From assembly GCA_018398765.1 (NCBI GenBank), contig JAHBMJ010000258.1, positions 1-52,924 on the forward strand: a stretch of DNA of 52,924 nucleotides, in the 5' to 3' direction. Origin of the DNA: Chromera velia (taxonomy: Eukaryota). The notes beneath the pieces were generated by a model that saw only the letters and a list, made by a program, of their open reading frames with translations, ran no database searches and was not told where the DNA came from. The translations under genes were made by a program, and so were the position numbers. Positions 12,225 through 24,687 of the stretch are shown one piece after another; position 1 is the first letter of the stretch, and every line of letters starts with the position of its first letter.

Positions 12225-12461
12225 GGCCCCGGAAAGTTTCACTTTGATCTGACGCACTCCGTGCGAATGGCCCGGAAAGCGAAATTTATTCTTGTTGCCC
12301 CTGCTTTAAATTTGGAAAGTGCCTCCTCAGCTGAATTGTCTTTCCGGGGCCGAGCTTGGCGTGCGTTCAGACCTTCCTGTAAACGTCGGACGCAGGCATC
12401 CGTGTGGTCTGGGGGGTGTATTTTTTGTTAAGTGCCCTCTCAGCTTCGCTTTCCGGGCCAT
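12225..12461. promoter_or_regulatory. Putative bidirectional promoter with four CCCGGAAAG motifs
   Basis: Motif at 12228 and 12271 (+) and at 12340 and 12449 (-), between the divergent starts at 11884 (-) and 12705 (+). Confidence 0.5.
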
Positions 12462-12704
12462 GGCACCTATAAGCGAAAATTACAGCAAGCTAGGGGGCAT
12501 TGAAAATCGTTGAAAAATCACAGGAGACCGTCGTGGTGCGTACGTAGACGGTTGGTGAGTCGCTGAATTGTCAGGTAGGACATGAATTGACATGCAGCAC
12601 CCGAAGTACAAACAAGCAATTCTGGACTGCAATTTTCCTTCGAGTCTCACAGCCTTTCCACCTTTACTCGAACAGTAATAACTGACCAGTCACAGAGAGC
12701 CCCG

Positions 12705-13169
12705 ATGTCCTTCATGGTCATGACCACCCGGAGGGGGGTAATCCGTCTCCGTCTCCGTCCAGACGCCGCCCCCGTCACCACAGAGTACATTAAAAAATGC
12801 ATAGGGTCCCGTTTGTACGATGGTCGATGTTTCTACCGAAGTGACTTTGTGATTCAGTGCGGTTTACACGGTTCCAACGTCGGCAACCCCCATGGCAATC
12901 TTCCGGTCAACGAGACGGCGTCGCATGTGAAGATCAGCAACATCAGAGGCACTGCAGCAATCGCCCACTGGGATGTGCCTGATTGCGGGAACACAGAGTT
13001 CTTTATTAATTTGAAAACGAACGCCCATCTCGACACGGCATATGGAGGTTACTGTGTCTTTGCGACCGTGGACGAGGGAGACGCCGCGTCCTTCTCGACG
13101 ATTGACGCCATCGCACAGGCTGTGGCGGCGGGGGAGAAGACGGTAATCGAGTCTGTCACAGTCGAATGA
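12705..13169 (+). CDS. Cyclophilin-like peptidyl-prolyl isomerase domain protein, intronless, 154 aa
   Basis: GVIRLRLRPDAAPVT, LYDGRCFYR, FVIQCG, SNIRGTAAIA, NTEFFINLKTNAHLD and GYCVFA match cyclophilin motifs. Confidence 0.88.
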   Translation: MSFMVMTTRRGVIRLRLRPDAAPVTTEYIKKCIGSRLYDGRCFYRSDFVIQCGLHGSNVGNPHGNLPVNETASHVKISNIRGTAAIAHWDVPDCGNTEFFINLKTNAHLDTAYGGYCVFATVDEGDAASFSTIDAIAQAVAAGEKTVIESVTVE

Positions 13170-13587
13170 AGAAAATAGACGAGTGGGTGCGTGCAGACTG
13201 GAAAGAAAATAGGAGCAGACCGGCCGGCATTGAAGCAATTTGTATGAGGTTCAATGGATCTCCTCGGCATGCAGACTCACTTGGTCCGCACTTGTGTATT
13301 TCGCACCCTCCCTGGGTAAAAAGTCCATCCACCCATGTCCCTAAAGCTGTCCATCCTTACTGTTTTTTCTCTTCAGCCCTCGCCTTCTGTATATGCACGG
13401 GCATCACACACGTACAAACAGATGAGATTGGGAAGAGAGGATGCACACATAGAAGTGACAGCTTCCACATGCACATGCTTATGGTTGCACAAGGACTGAC
13501 ATGAGCGCATCACAAGTCTCGTTAGTGTTGGCAGAAATCAAAGACATATGCAGCCACTCTCTCCCAACCACCCGACACTCAATCAGT

Positions 13588-13589
<2 letters not shown>

Positions 13590-13628
<39 letters not shown>

Positions 13629-13680
13629 TCTTCCCGTCGTTCTTTAAATTCGTTCCTTCTTTCTTTCTTTTCTTTTCTTT

Positions 13681-13724
<44 letters not shown>

Positions 13725-14027
13725 TTCTTTCTTTCTTTCTTTCTTTTCTTTCTTTCCTTCCTGTTTTTCTTTCTTTTTTTTTTTCTTGCGTTCGTTCGTT
13801 CGTGCGTGTTTTTGTTCCTTCTTTTTTTTTTGCTTTGTTTTTTTTCTGTGTCTTTCTTTCTTCTCTTCCTTTTCTTCCTTCCTTCCTTGCTTGCTTCCGA
13901 CCTTCCTTCTTACTTTCTCTCTTTCGTTCTTTCCTTTTTGTGTGTTCTGCACATGAATAGAAGGAGGTAAAAGAGAGAAACATGGAGTCTTTCTGTCTGC
14001 CGGTCTTTCTCTTTCTCCCTCTCTCTG

Positions 14028-14074
<47 letters not shown>

Positions 14075-14126
14075 TGTATACGTACACGCACATTCGCACG
14101 CACGCGCTCACCCGCAGACACGCACG

Positions 14127-14164
<38 letters not shown>

Positions 14165-14360
14165 TTTGCTGACTTACTTGTGGACGTTTTACTGGTGAAG
14201 ACATTCGTTCACTCCATCGTCCACTCTCTCACTCACTCACTCACCCACTCATTTACTCACTTACTCACTCACTCACGTACACTCTTGCTCGATCCTTCCC
14301 TTAATAATCGCTCGCTCATTCAGTCATTCACTCACTCATTCACTCACTCCCTCACTCACT
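13590..14360. repeat. Compound microsatellite (CT, TTTC, CA, GA, TCAC)
   Basis: Directly visible simple repeats. Confidence 0.95.
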
Positions 14361-15810
14361 CAATAGATCAGAAGTCTGTCATACAATTGCCCACCCTCCC
14401 ACTCATTGGGTCTCTGTCACGCATATTTCCTCACTACAGAGCTCATTCTCCGACTTCAATGACTCCCTCACTGACACATGTTCACTCACGGGTGTCCTGC
14501 GTTGCTCGATCATGTGCCATCATTCCGTACGTCCCTGCCCGCTGCATTCCTTTCTGATCGACCTCGTCTCACTGACTTTCTGACGCGCTCTCTTGTTCTC
14601 AATGACTGCAAAATCTCATCCCTTGATCCCACACTGATCAGTAGTCACGCACGTCACATGCAGCCCAGTCGCCAGGTCTGTTCACCATAGTGCCGAGTAC
14701 AGCCTATCAACTCGCTAAGTCTTCTCTCAGTGAACTTCTGCCTTCATGGTGGTCCTTACCCTGAGTCACACACTCATTCTCTTACCTGCTCAGGCTCTCT
14801 TGTCGACTCTTTCAATCGTTCTCTTACTTCTTCACTCCCTTGCTGCCTTCCCCATTAAAATTTGTTACATTTTTGAATCCCTTATACCCATTCTCCGCTA
14901 CTCTCCCACTGAGTCCGTTACTTTAATACTCCGTGGATTCTAGCGTGGATTAGTCAATGATTCATTGACTTATAGTCACTCACTCTTACTCACTCTCTGA
15001 TTCCGTCGCTCACTTATATGCATCCATGTAGTTCTTTACTGACTTTATGAATCACCTAGTGATATCTAGTGAATCACTCAATCATTTAGAACCATAGCTT
15101 GACCTAAAAGTTCCGTAATATAGATTTATCTATATTTTTAGATTTCAATGATTCATTAATTGGATAGATGTTAGAATTATTATCAAGATCTACCTCATCA
15201 TCATCATCTCGTAATGTTATTGTGGTTGTCGTTTGTTTTAGTTTTAAATTAACTAGTCTTGTCAATTAATATTAATTATATATCAATTAAATCGAATTAA
15301 TTAATTTTTCATGCCCAATCGCCTTCTTCCTGTGCACCATATACTGCGGCCACACCCCTTGCTGTAGCCAATGGCTACCAATGGCATGGCCCCTGTCTTC
15401 ACTGTCGCCCGTGTCCCTCTTTATCCCTCTCGCTCTCCTCATGAATACTGACATTGCTCTAAGTGGCGGCTGCCATCTCTGATCATCTCTGCAAACAGCG
15501 TCAGACTCCGGCCGTCGGAGTCTGCGGGCCGCGCATGCAGGCGCAGGGCGCCCCGCGCCAATTAGAGCCATGCATGCAGCGGTACGCATGCTACCGCTGG
15601 ATGTAAAAAGCTCTTAATTGAGGTACCGTCTCTCATGAATTCTCATGATGGATCCTCGTGAATTCCTCGTGCACGATACGCGGATTTTTCCGTCCGTCAA
15701 TTCACTGACGGTCCGAAAGATCATCCTTCGCCCCATAGTGAAGAGCCTGACAATCGGAACTCTTATCAGTCCACCATCCTCTTTCCGCCTCTTGAGTGAC
15801 GTGAGCGAAA

Positions 15811-16061
15811 ATGGTCAGGTACGGAGACTTCGTTGCGCAACTGTTGTTCGTCTGCTTCAGTTCCCTCTTCGTGGTCTCGTCTGGAGACGATGTGTACAAA
15901 TGCATTGCGCGGTGTAAGCTCAAGTACGTGAACGGAGACATGGACAAGCCAACAGAGGAGAACTGTAAAAGCGCGTGCGAAATCCAAGCAAACACTGTGA
16001 AGCCTGGACCTCTCAACTGCGCCCGGTCGACTTCCTTGACCGAATGGTTCTACTGCCACAT
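15811..16061 (+). CDS. Possible first exon of a small secreted/membrane Cys-rich protein
   Basis: AAAATG start and hydrophobic signal-like N-terminus (FVAQLLFVCFSSLFVVSSG), two CxxxC motifs plus further Cys, candidate donor GTGCGT at ~16062 and acceptor at ~16292. Downstream exons are unresolved. Confidence 0.4.
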
Positions 16062-17138
16062 GTGCGTCCCCACTCCTGCATTTCTGCATGTCTTCGGAAA
16101 TAGCTGGTATCGCCGCCTGAATCCCTTTTTTTTCCTTTGCCCTCTTCCTTCGTGAGAGGCCCTCTGCGATTCTTCTCAAAAAAATTTGCCCTAGGTGCCA
16201 GTCGAGAGGCGTCCGGATTGCCGCGTCTCTCTCTCACCTTTCCGTTCAACACCTTGATATTCTTCCACTGTCCTCCCTGTTGATTCACGCAGATGGGAGG
16301 TTGTGGGAGCTGTAATCGCTATTCAGGTCAGCAGCGCTGTTTGGCACCAGGAAAAGAAAAAAGAAGTGTTTCCCTGTAGCATCACACCATGCTCACTCAC
16401 TCAGTCACAGTCATTCTGGGAAACCCTTTCTTAGTTTACTTTCTTGACTTACAAGCTGGTACGGTGCCTGCGTGCACTTAGTGACCGTCTACGCGCCCTT
16501 CCAATCTCACGAACTCTGTCACTCCTGTGCTCCGTATCAACCCCCCTCGCGTTCCCTTGCACGCACCATTATTATTGGTGAAGCCTTTTTCAGCCCCGCC
16601 TTGCTCATCTGGACGCCTGCTCATCTCATCTGCCCGTCTATTTGTGTCCAGATGCGTGCACAGATGCAAATTGAAAGAAAACAGCTGTACCGTCGTCTCC
16701 TTCATGTCCTTGCCTCATTTTTTCTGTCCGAGAGGAAGGAGAAGGATCGACAGATAGAAAAAAAAGAAAAGGGAAAGTACGTTTCCCTTTTTTTGTGTTT
16801 GGGCAGACAGAAAAGAACTCCATTCTCGTTCTTCCACTCAACGCTGCACTCTTTGATTTGCCCAGCAATCTGCTCTCCCTTACATCGAACAAGTGCCGGA
16901 AGGGTATTTGTAAGCGTCGACTTCGAAGTTTCGTTTTCACTCATTCGTTTTGGAGGGTCCCTTTTCTTTCTGAACAGGGAGGGATTGGGAGAGATGTCCT
17001 TATTTTGCACGGAAGGAATTCAGTCGTAGAGATCTCTTCTTTTTTTTTTGGCATTCATGTGTGTACTCACTTGCACACATCCGCAGCCACGTACAAACAA
17101 CAACATACACGCAAGCACAGAGAGAGAGAGAGAGAGAG

Positions 17139-17184
17139 NNNNNNNNNNNNNNNNNNNNNNNNNNNNNNNNNNNNNNNNNNNNNN
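17139..17184. other. Assembly gap
   Basis: Run of N following a (GA)n tract. Confidence 0.99.
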
Positions 17185-17545
17185 CAGGGGGGGCGGGAGG
17201 GGGGTTAAGTGGAGAGGAAGAGGCAGGCAGACAAACAAACAAACAATGGAGGGCAGTGGAGGAGGCCTCAAGTTGCTGTCTGATGGAGCCGGTGAACTGC
17301 AGTGGACCTCCAGAAATTGTCAGATGATCGGTCTGCATGGGTTAATTGCTCTATGATGGATGGATGGTCCTTGATTCTCTTTCTTCATTCATCGATGATG
17401 GATGTGAAATGAATGAATGCAGCTGCTGATGATTCTCGTCTACTTCATCTGGTGGCACGTCAGTCTTCTGTTTTTTTCCTTTGTTTGTTTGTTTTTTTCT
17501 CTCTCCATTTTTTTCTTTTTTTCTTTCCTTGTTTGTTTGCTTGTT

Positions 17546-17578
<33 letters not shown>

Positions 17579-17660
17579 TAGAAAGAAAGGAAGCGAAAAA
17601 GTAAAGGAAAGGAAAGACGATATAGTCTGTCTGTCTGTCCGTCTGTTTGTTTGTCTTTGT

Positions 17661-17699
<39 letters not shown>

Positions 17700-17700
17700 C

Positions 17701-17744
<44 letters not shown>

Positions 17745-18555
17745 TTTTTCTTTTACGTACATGAAGAACAGAAGGGGGAAGAAGAAACGTATAGTCTGTC
17801 CTCCTCTTCGTCCTCTTCCTCCTCCTCGTCGTCCTCCGCTACCGCAGCAGCATTGCCGAATCCACCGGCTCCCCCCGAAGATCCTCCCCCTGATGCCCCA
17901 CCATGATCGCAACCCCCCTGGAGAAGGTCGTCACCAGGGAAATCAAGAAGGCTGCACCGATCAGAAGAGAACGAACCAGAGCCAGATGCAGCCACAGCCC
18001 CTGATCCCATGCCAGCCCCCGTCTCCGCCCAAGTCGCAGCATCCAGTTCCGCCTCGGCTTCAGTTTCTGCTTCTAGCGGCATCCCCCACTCAGCTTCCAC
18101 GCATGACCAAGAGCATCAAAACTCGCCCTCTTCACAAGAGGAACCCTGAGAGCGAGAAGAGCTTCTGGAGAAGGTTTTCGGCCCCACCAGCACCGTCGCT
18201 CTTTCGGTATGGAACTTTGGAGAGTTTCGTTACTGCCGAAAGAGTCCCTCCGCAACAGACGCAGACAAAGCATCAGAAGACTCCCCCTCCGTAGGAGCGC
18301 CCCCCCACCCCCCACCCCCTGTCTGAAGAAGATGGCGGTGCCGGTTCCCACGTGCAGTTTTTTTCTTTGTTGTTTTTTCTTGTCTTTTTTTTCTCTCTCT
18401 CTTGTCTTGGAGTGGAAGCAGCAGAGGATCAACGTGTGAACCCAGTGATCAGTGAAAGTCTGTCGGGAGGTGGAGAGGCAAGGGGCGCTTAACTCTCACT
18501 ATTCGGGCCCCCTGCCCACGTTGTTTGATGTTTTTTTCTGTTCTTTTGTCTTTGT

Positions 18556-18591
<36 letters not shown>

Positions 18592-18724
18592 TTTGTCTTT
18601 TGTGTACTTGAAGAAAACGAGGGAAAAGAAGAAACATATAGTCTGTCTGTCAGGAAGAGAAAAAGGAAAGAGACGATGTACTCTGTCGTCTGCCTGTGAA
18701 GGAGGGGGAAAAGTCATATAGTCG

Positions 18725-18760
<36 letters not shown>

Positions 18761-20211
18761 TTATTTCGTTCTTTCCGTCTTTATTCTTTTCTTTCCATCT
18801 TTTTGCTTTCTTTCTTTCCTTCGTTCGCTCGTTCGTTCGTCCGTTCTTTTCCATTTTCTTTCTTGCCTCAGGCCTTGTTTTGTCTTTCTCTTGTTTTGTT
18901 CTCTTTTTGAACATGTGTTCCTCAATTTTTTGCAATAAAAATCTCTCTGGCTGCTTTTCTTGCTCTTCTGGCGAGTCACCGAAGTCTCTCTGCGATAGAA
19001 AGCCTTGCTTCTTTCCATCCTTTTAATTCGGGTTCTCTCTCTCCCGTCGATCCGGCCATCTGTCTCTCTTTGCTATGATCCGTTTCCTCTTTGCCTACCT
19101 TTCCGGTTCTGTGTCAATGCATGTGTGTCGTCAGTGTGTTGCTGCGTGTGTCTGTGTGCTGCCACGCGTGATTGATTGTGCGTTATCGTGCGTACGTGTG
19201 GTCTTTTCCTGGTCAACTCAAAATTTGGTTTTTGATTGATTTCCAAATCTCACCGGATCGCATTTTCATCTACCCATCCACCCGCTCCTTCATCCTTTCA
19301 TCCGTCTACTGATCCACACATCCATCCGTCTCCCTCGAGGTCTGCTCAGCTGTCTCCTCCACAGGTTCGTGCCTTGAAATCTCTGTGGCATTGCATGTGT
19401 GCCTGCCTGCAGTGTCTGTCGTACTCCAAACGACGCTACTACAGATCGGTAGTCGCACAGGAGGCAGAGCAGTCTGGACCCTGACGCAGAGAGCCATGCA
19501 GTCTGATCGGAGGGGCATCGGTTGGGCTCTCAAGACTATCGGGCTTCTTTCTCATGAAGCTGCCGCGCTGCGCACATAAGAAGAAGACACTCGTTTGTTT
19601 GTTAGAGTCTTCCTTCCACCAAACACCTCTGTCTACGTCTGTCTTTCTGAGGTCTTTCCCGTGATTTCTTGAGAAGACTTAATTGACCTACAAGACGGGA
19701 GACATGAGAATAAATAAAACTGGCTACATGTATCTTGAAAGCCAAAGTCAGCCAAAAGCTGCGTCAATTAAAGGATGATTCTCGTTCTCAAATCATTGCA
19801 CTATTCTAGATATTATTACACGTGATTGAAATTAAGTAATTTAAAGCTGCTAAAGCAAGATACATCATACCGATTCCTAGAAGACTGATTCATACATGAT
19901 TGATCGACATGTGACTATATACTTCTAATGATGATATAAGAGTCCAGGAGGGAAGGAGAGGGAGAAATCGCTGCCAGTGAGAGAAGAATGGCTAAAAGAG
20001 TGGAAAAAAGGCATATGCAAAGTTAAAGTATCTTTTTGTCCTGTGTCATTGGATCGATTTTTGGAGCAGTCCCTTCTGAACAGCCCATAGACCACAGCAT
20101 GCAAAGTGCAGACAGATTGTTGTTTGTTAGCGGCCTGGAAAACCAGACGGGCCACGTTAAGGGCCACATAGTCACGTTATGGCTGGCATTGTGGTGTGAT
20201 CTAAGCCTCAA

Positions 20212-20841
20212 CGACTAGTTCAGCAATAAGGTACACCCCCTTGCCGTTTACTGGGACGAGCTCTATAAGACAAAACGGTGACCGTGCAAGTTCAAGTTTT
20301 TTTTTGTCCTGCATGATTTTTCGTGTTCCCGGTCAAAAAAACTCTAGAAATATTTGTTGTTTGGCCCACAGTTCTAGGCGTGATCTGTATATATATTTTT
20401 ATATTATATTTTTAATTAAAAAAATATATCTATATATCTATCTCATATATCTATGTTACTTATTCAATGTATAAACAGCTTTTCACTTCATTCATTCACC
20501 AAAGAACCTTTCTTGAAGAAAATTCTCATTAAGATAGTCTCACATCATATATTTTTTGTACATATTTTTTTTTGTACATATATTATATTATGGGTTATGA
20601 AAAATATATCTAAAGATATATATATCTACAGATCACGCCTAGCCACAGTTTTGTTCTTGGAATAGGGCTAGGAATACAGATTTCAAAATTGGGGGCAATT
20701 TTCTTTGACTGTTGTTCAAAAGATAATAAGATATTATATCAAATTGGTAGTAATGTGCAAGACTTAAAAAAAAAAGTAATAAGAATTCGATTTACCGTTT
20801 TTTAGTGGTTTAATTAGTACTAATTGTTTTGGCCGGGTGGT
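20212..20841. mobile_element. Possible AT-rich insertion flanked by an 8-bp direct repeat
   Basis: AGCCTCAA at 20204-20211 and 20842-20849 brackets an abrupt AT-rich island. Terminal inverted similarity is weak. Confidence 0.3.
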
Positions 20842-22626
20842 AGCCTCAAAATAGCTTAAAAGGTCTAGAGCTGACAATGAATGAATGAATGAAAGATTGA
20901 AGGAATGATTCTAAATGAAGGAATGAAATAATGAACTAGATAATAAAGGAATGAAAGAATACATCTAGGAATGAATAAATGAATGAACGATTGAATGAGC
21001 GAACGAATGAATGAATGACTGACTGCATGATCACTGTCAGACTGACTGACTGAATAAATGACTACAGCCATCAGAGCGGAACTCCTCGCAATGCTAAATA
21101 ATGCTAGTCGTAAATTCAGACTCGCAATGTATATTCATGAAATGATAAACATATTACTAGATATATTATTTTATTATATTTCATTACTTTTCTGTATAAC
21201 TAGTTATGTTAAATTTTGTATCGTAAAGTGCCAAGTGTATATGATCGACGTTGATCGTATTATTCGTATATTACTTTTTTTAAAACGACAGACAATTATC
21301 CTCCAACTTTGTGTGGAGACTTAACCTATAACTAAGCAGTTCATCTCTAGATGACCTAGACCTAAACTGATCGATGGAACAGCGAACAAGGCCGGTGCAA
21401 ACAACTCCAGAAGTCACTTGAGAACTAGTTTGAGAAGCGATCCGATCGTCCACTGATTCCAACGCGTACCAGTGACTTACCGGCAGAACTGCAAGTCTGA
21501 TGGGAAAATCTGCGGGTGAACGAGTATTCATCGGCAAAAAAAGCGCTTGTCGCAAGTATATACACGAAGAAGAAGAAGAAACGGATGCCAGATCGATCAA
21601 GTATCGATATGTAACAAATTATTGAGGAGAGTATGACCGAGCGACCGACCGACCACATGCACTTGCTGTTGGTTTTGTGGACAGTAACCATGCATGCACA
21701 CAGCGCAACAATATGCACGTACAGAGCATCGGGAAGGGGGACAGACGAGCACGTACACACATATAGAGACACTGTCTGTCTTGTAAAATCAATCCACTTC
21801 GATCGCATTCATTTGAATGAAGCAGCTGCATCGTCCTCCTTTGAACATGCACTGCATACCCTTCCTCAGATCCACCTGAAATTCTCACACGTACAGCTCC
21901 CCCTCCACGCCACTACTTTTTTCTCTCTAGCAACTCTATCGATTCATTCTATACTAATCACACGCATGCACCATGCATGGCCTGCTGAAACGTGCTGGAT
22001 GGCATCGATGGATGCCAGTTGATTGACGAACTCAACAGCTAAGCCAAGTGACAGGCCTGCTTTGCACGAGAAAACTTCTACTTGCTAAGCTCACAGCTCC
22101 CGCCTAGTGCTGGTGTGCATTGCAAGCAGACGTCTGACTGACATCAAATTTATGGACACATGATTGTCCCTCCCTTCCATTCTTTTTCCTCTCCTCTCCA
22201 ACATGCTTTTTTCAACTTATTCCGTCCGTATTCCCCATCAACACGTACAGACAAAAAAAGCGAAACAAAGGCACCTCTTCTTCTCCTTCCCATTTTCTTT
22301 TTAGTCTTCAGAGAGATGAAATTGCCGAGGTTGCTCGGCTTTTCCGATTCTGTCTGACCTGACCGGTCGGACCATTCAAATCAAAAGACGACGATATGCG
22401 GACACAAACAAAGGAGGCTTGCTCGGTCCATCTGTCCATCGACGCACGCACTCACTCTGCGTTCTTCCCCTTTCAGCGATTGACTATGACTCTGACTATG
22501 AGGCGGAGTCGCTGTAAGTCAGTATCCGTGAGCCTTGAAGCGAAAGTTCCTGCTGCTTCAAATTCGTTCGATCGGAGGGCATTGTCTGTTTGTTGGCTTT
22601 TGCATGTCTGACGCACGCACGCAAGT

Positions 22627-22744
<118 letters not shown>

Positions 22745-24148
22745 GACAGATACACACACACATTCGCACATACACACACAGCAAGAGCAACCAGGTAAAA
22801 CCCTTCGTTTGCGCTTGCATGCCCAGACCAACGGAGTCAGTCTGTTCTGAAGGTGGAGCGACACTTCTGTTCGTCTCATCGCTCTCTCTCCAAGAGAAAG
22901 GAAGGGAAGAAAGGGAAGAGAGTGCGGTGAACGGAGAGTGGAGTGTGAGACAGTGAGAGCAGGAATGAAACAAAAAGACCATACGGTAGAAAGAGGGATG
23001 TTGTGCGAAAGATTGAGAGTGCGTGTGTGAGTGCGTGAGAGTCTGTTCGTGAAAGATTAGCGAGAGCGACAGCGGGCGAGAGAGAGAAAGAAAGACATAC
23101 AGAAAGAAAGAAATAAAAGAATGAATGGAGGCAAGAAAGGAAGAAACAGTAAATCAAGAGACCTAGGAAACAAACGACTATGCATGTCTTGACTGTATGT
23201 TTGAGAAAAAAATGGAAGGAAAGAAGAGAGGTACAGAGAGAAAAGAAGAAAAGAAAGGAGAGAAAGCGATCCGCCAAAAAGACACACAGAAAGTGCTTGT
23301 TGGTTTCATGCATGAAACCCAACCATGATCGTTGTACATTCTACTGTCTCGGAATTGCTGCACAGTCTGCTGAAGAAAAAGGTAAAGGGGGGCGACTGCT
23401 GATCATTCCGAGAAAGGACCAGCAGGGTGATGGAGAAGAATCCTGTTAACTACTGCTGACGGGGAGACGGAGTTCAGAGACCCACCTGACGGAGCGAGCC
23501 GTCTTTCATCGATCAGTCATTGGACCCTCTGTCTCTGCGTGTGTGTGTGTGTGTGTGTGTGTACAATCAACCCCTGAAGACTGAAGCCTCGAACATACTC
23601 CCCCGGGGGCCTTCATCACAGAGGAAGTATAGTTCTCCGTTCTGGTCTGTCCACCAGTACATCTTTCTTGTCTTCTTCTTCTGACTCATACCTGTCTGCC
23701 TCTTTCCTGCCTTCCCTTTTCAATCTCGCCAGCTGAAAACCAAGCAAGGAAGAAGAGGAGAGCTTGCAGGAGACTCTGAGGTGCGCGACGGCATGCGGGG
23801 ACGCTTGCAAACAGTCTGTGTTGACTTTTTCGGAAGCAGGCAAAGTAAGTTCGCGCTTTGGTGGTAGATGAAAGGAGAGTGCGAGTCAGATATTCTGTTT
23901 TCTGTGAGCGTGTGAAGGTGTATGTGTGGGAGCGTACGCGTGTGCATGCGTGCTTGTGGTTGTGTGTGTTGGCAATTCGAAGTATACAGTTCAAAAACAT
24001 GTATGTTGGCACGAACCCCCCTCCCCCCTCCCTGCCTCTTGAACCGTTTGTGTCTTATTTTGGGGCTGAGCATCAGGATTGATTTGGCCAATCGGCATCC
24101 TTTTGAGTGCGGTTCCTGGTTTACTTTGGAAGGCACGCAAAAACATTC

Positions 24149-24549
24149 CTAATAGACCGGAACCGAATCTGCACAGACGGATTTTGTCCACGCGTTTGTG
24201 ACAACATTAAAGAAACAGGGCGGGACCTCAACCACATCCACGACACTCCTCGATGAGTTTCCCCCCCCATTTGCCTCTGCCTCTGCCTGGCCATGCCCTT
24301 TCACCATGCTGTCAACCATTTCAAGGGCACGGCGACGTGACTCCTCAGTGCCCACCACGAGGACAGGGCGCGTGCCTGGCAGGACCTGAAAGCAAAAAAA
24401 AAGAATCCACAAAGAGAGAAGGATATTGTACTCGTGCCATGCAGTTGTTCTTGCACCCTCGGAGCCTTTTCAGAAGACGGGATCTATCGTTTCTTCCGAC
24501 ACTAACTCTTCGACTGTGATGCAGTCAGCTGTCGTACGTCAAAACACAC

Positions 24550-24617
<68 letters not shown>

Positions 24618-24644
24618 CACAGACACACACGCACACACACACGC

Positions 24645-24687
<43 letters not shown>

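Noticed and set aside
13548..14557. Several ORFs over simple repeats
   Set aside because: Low-complexity DNA with no domain signal.
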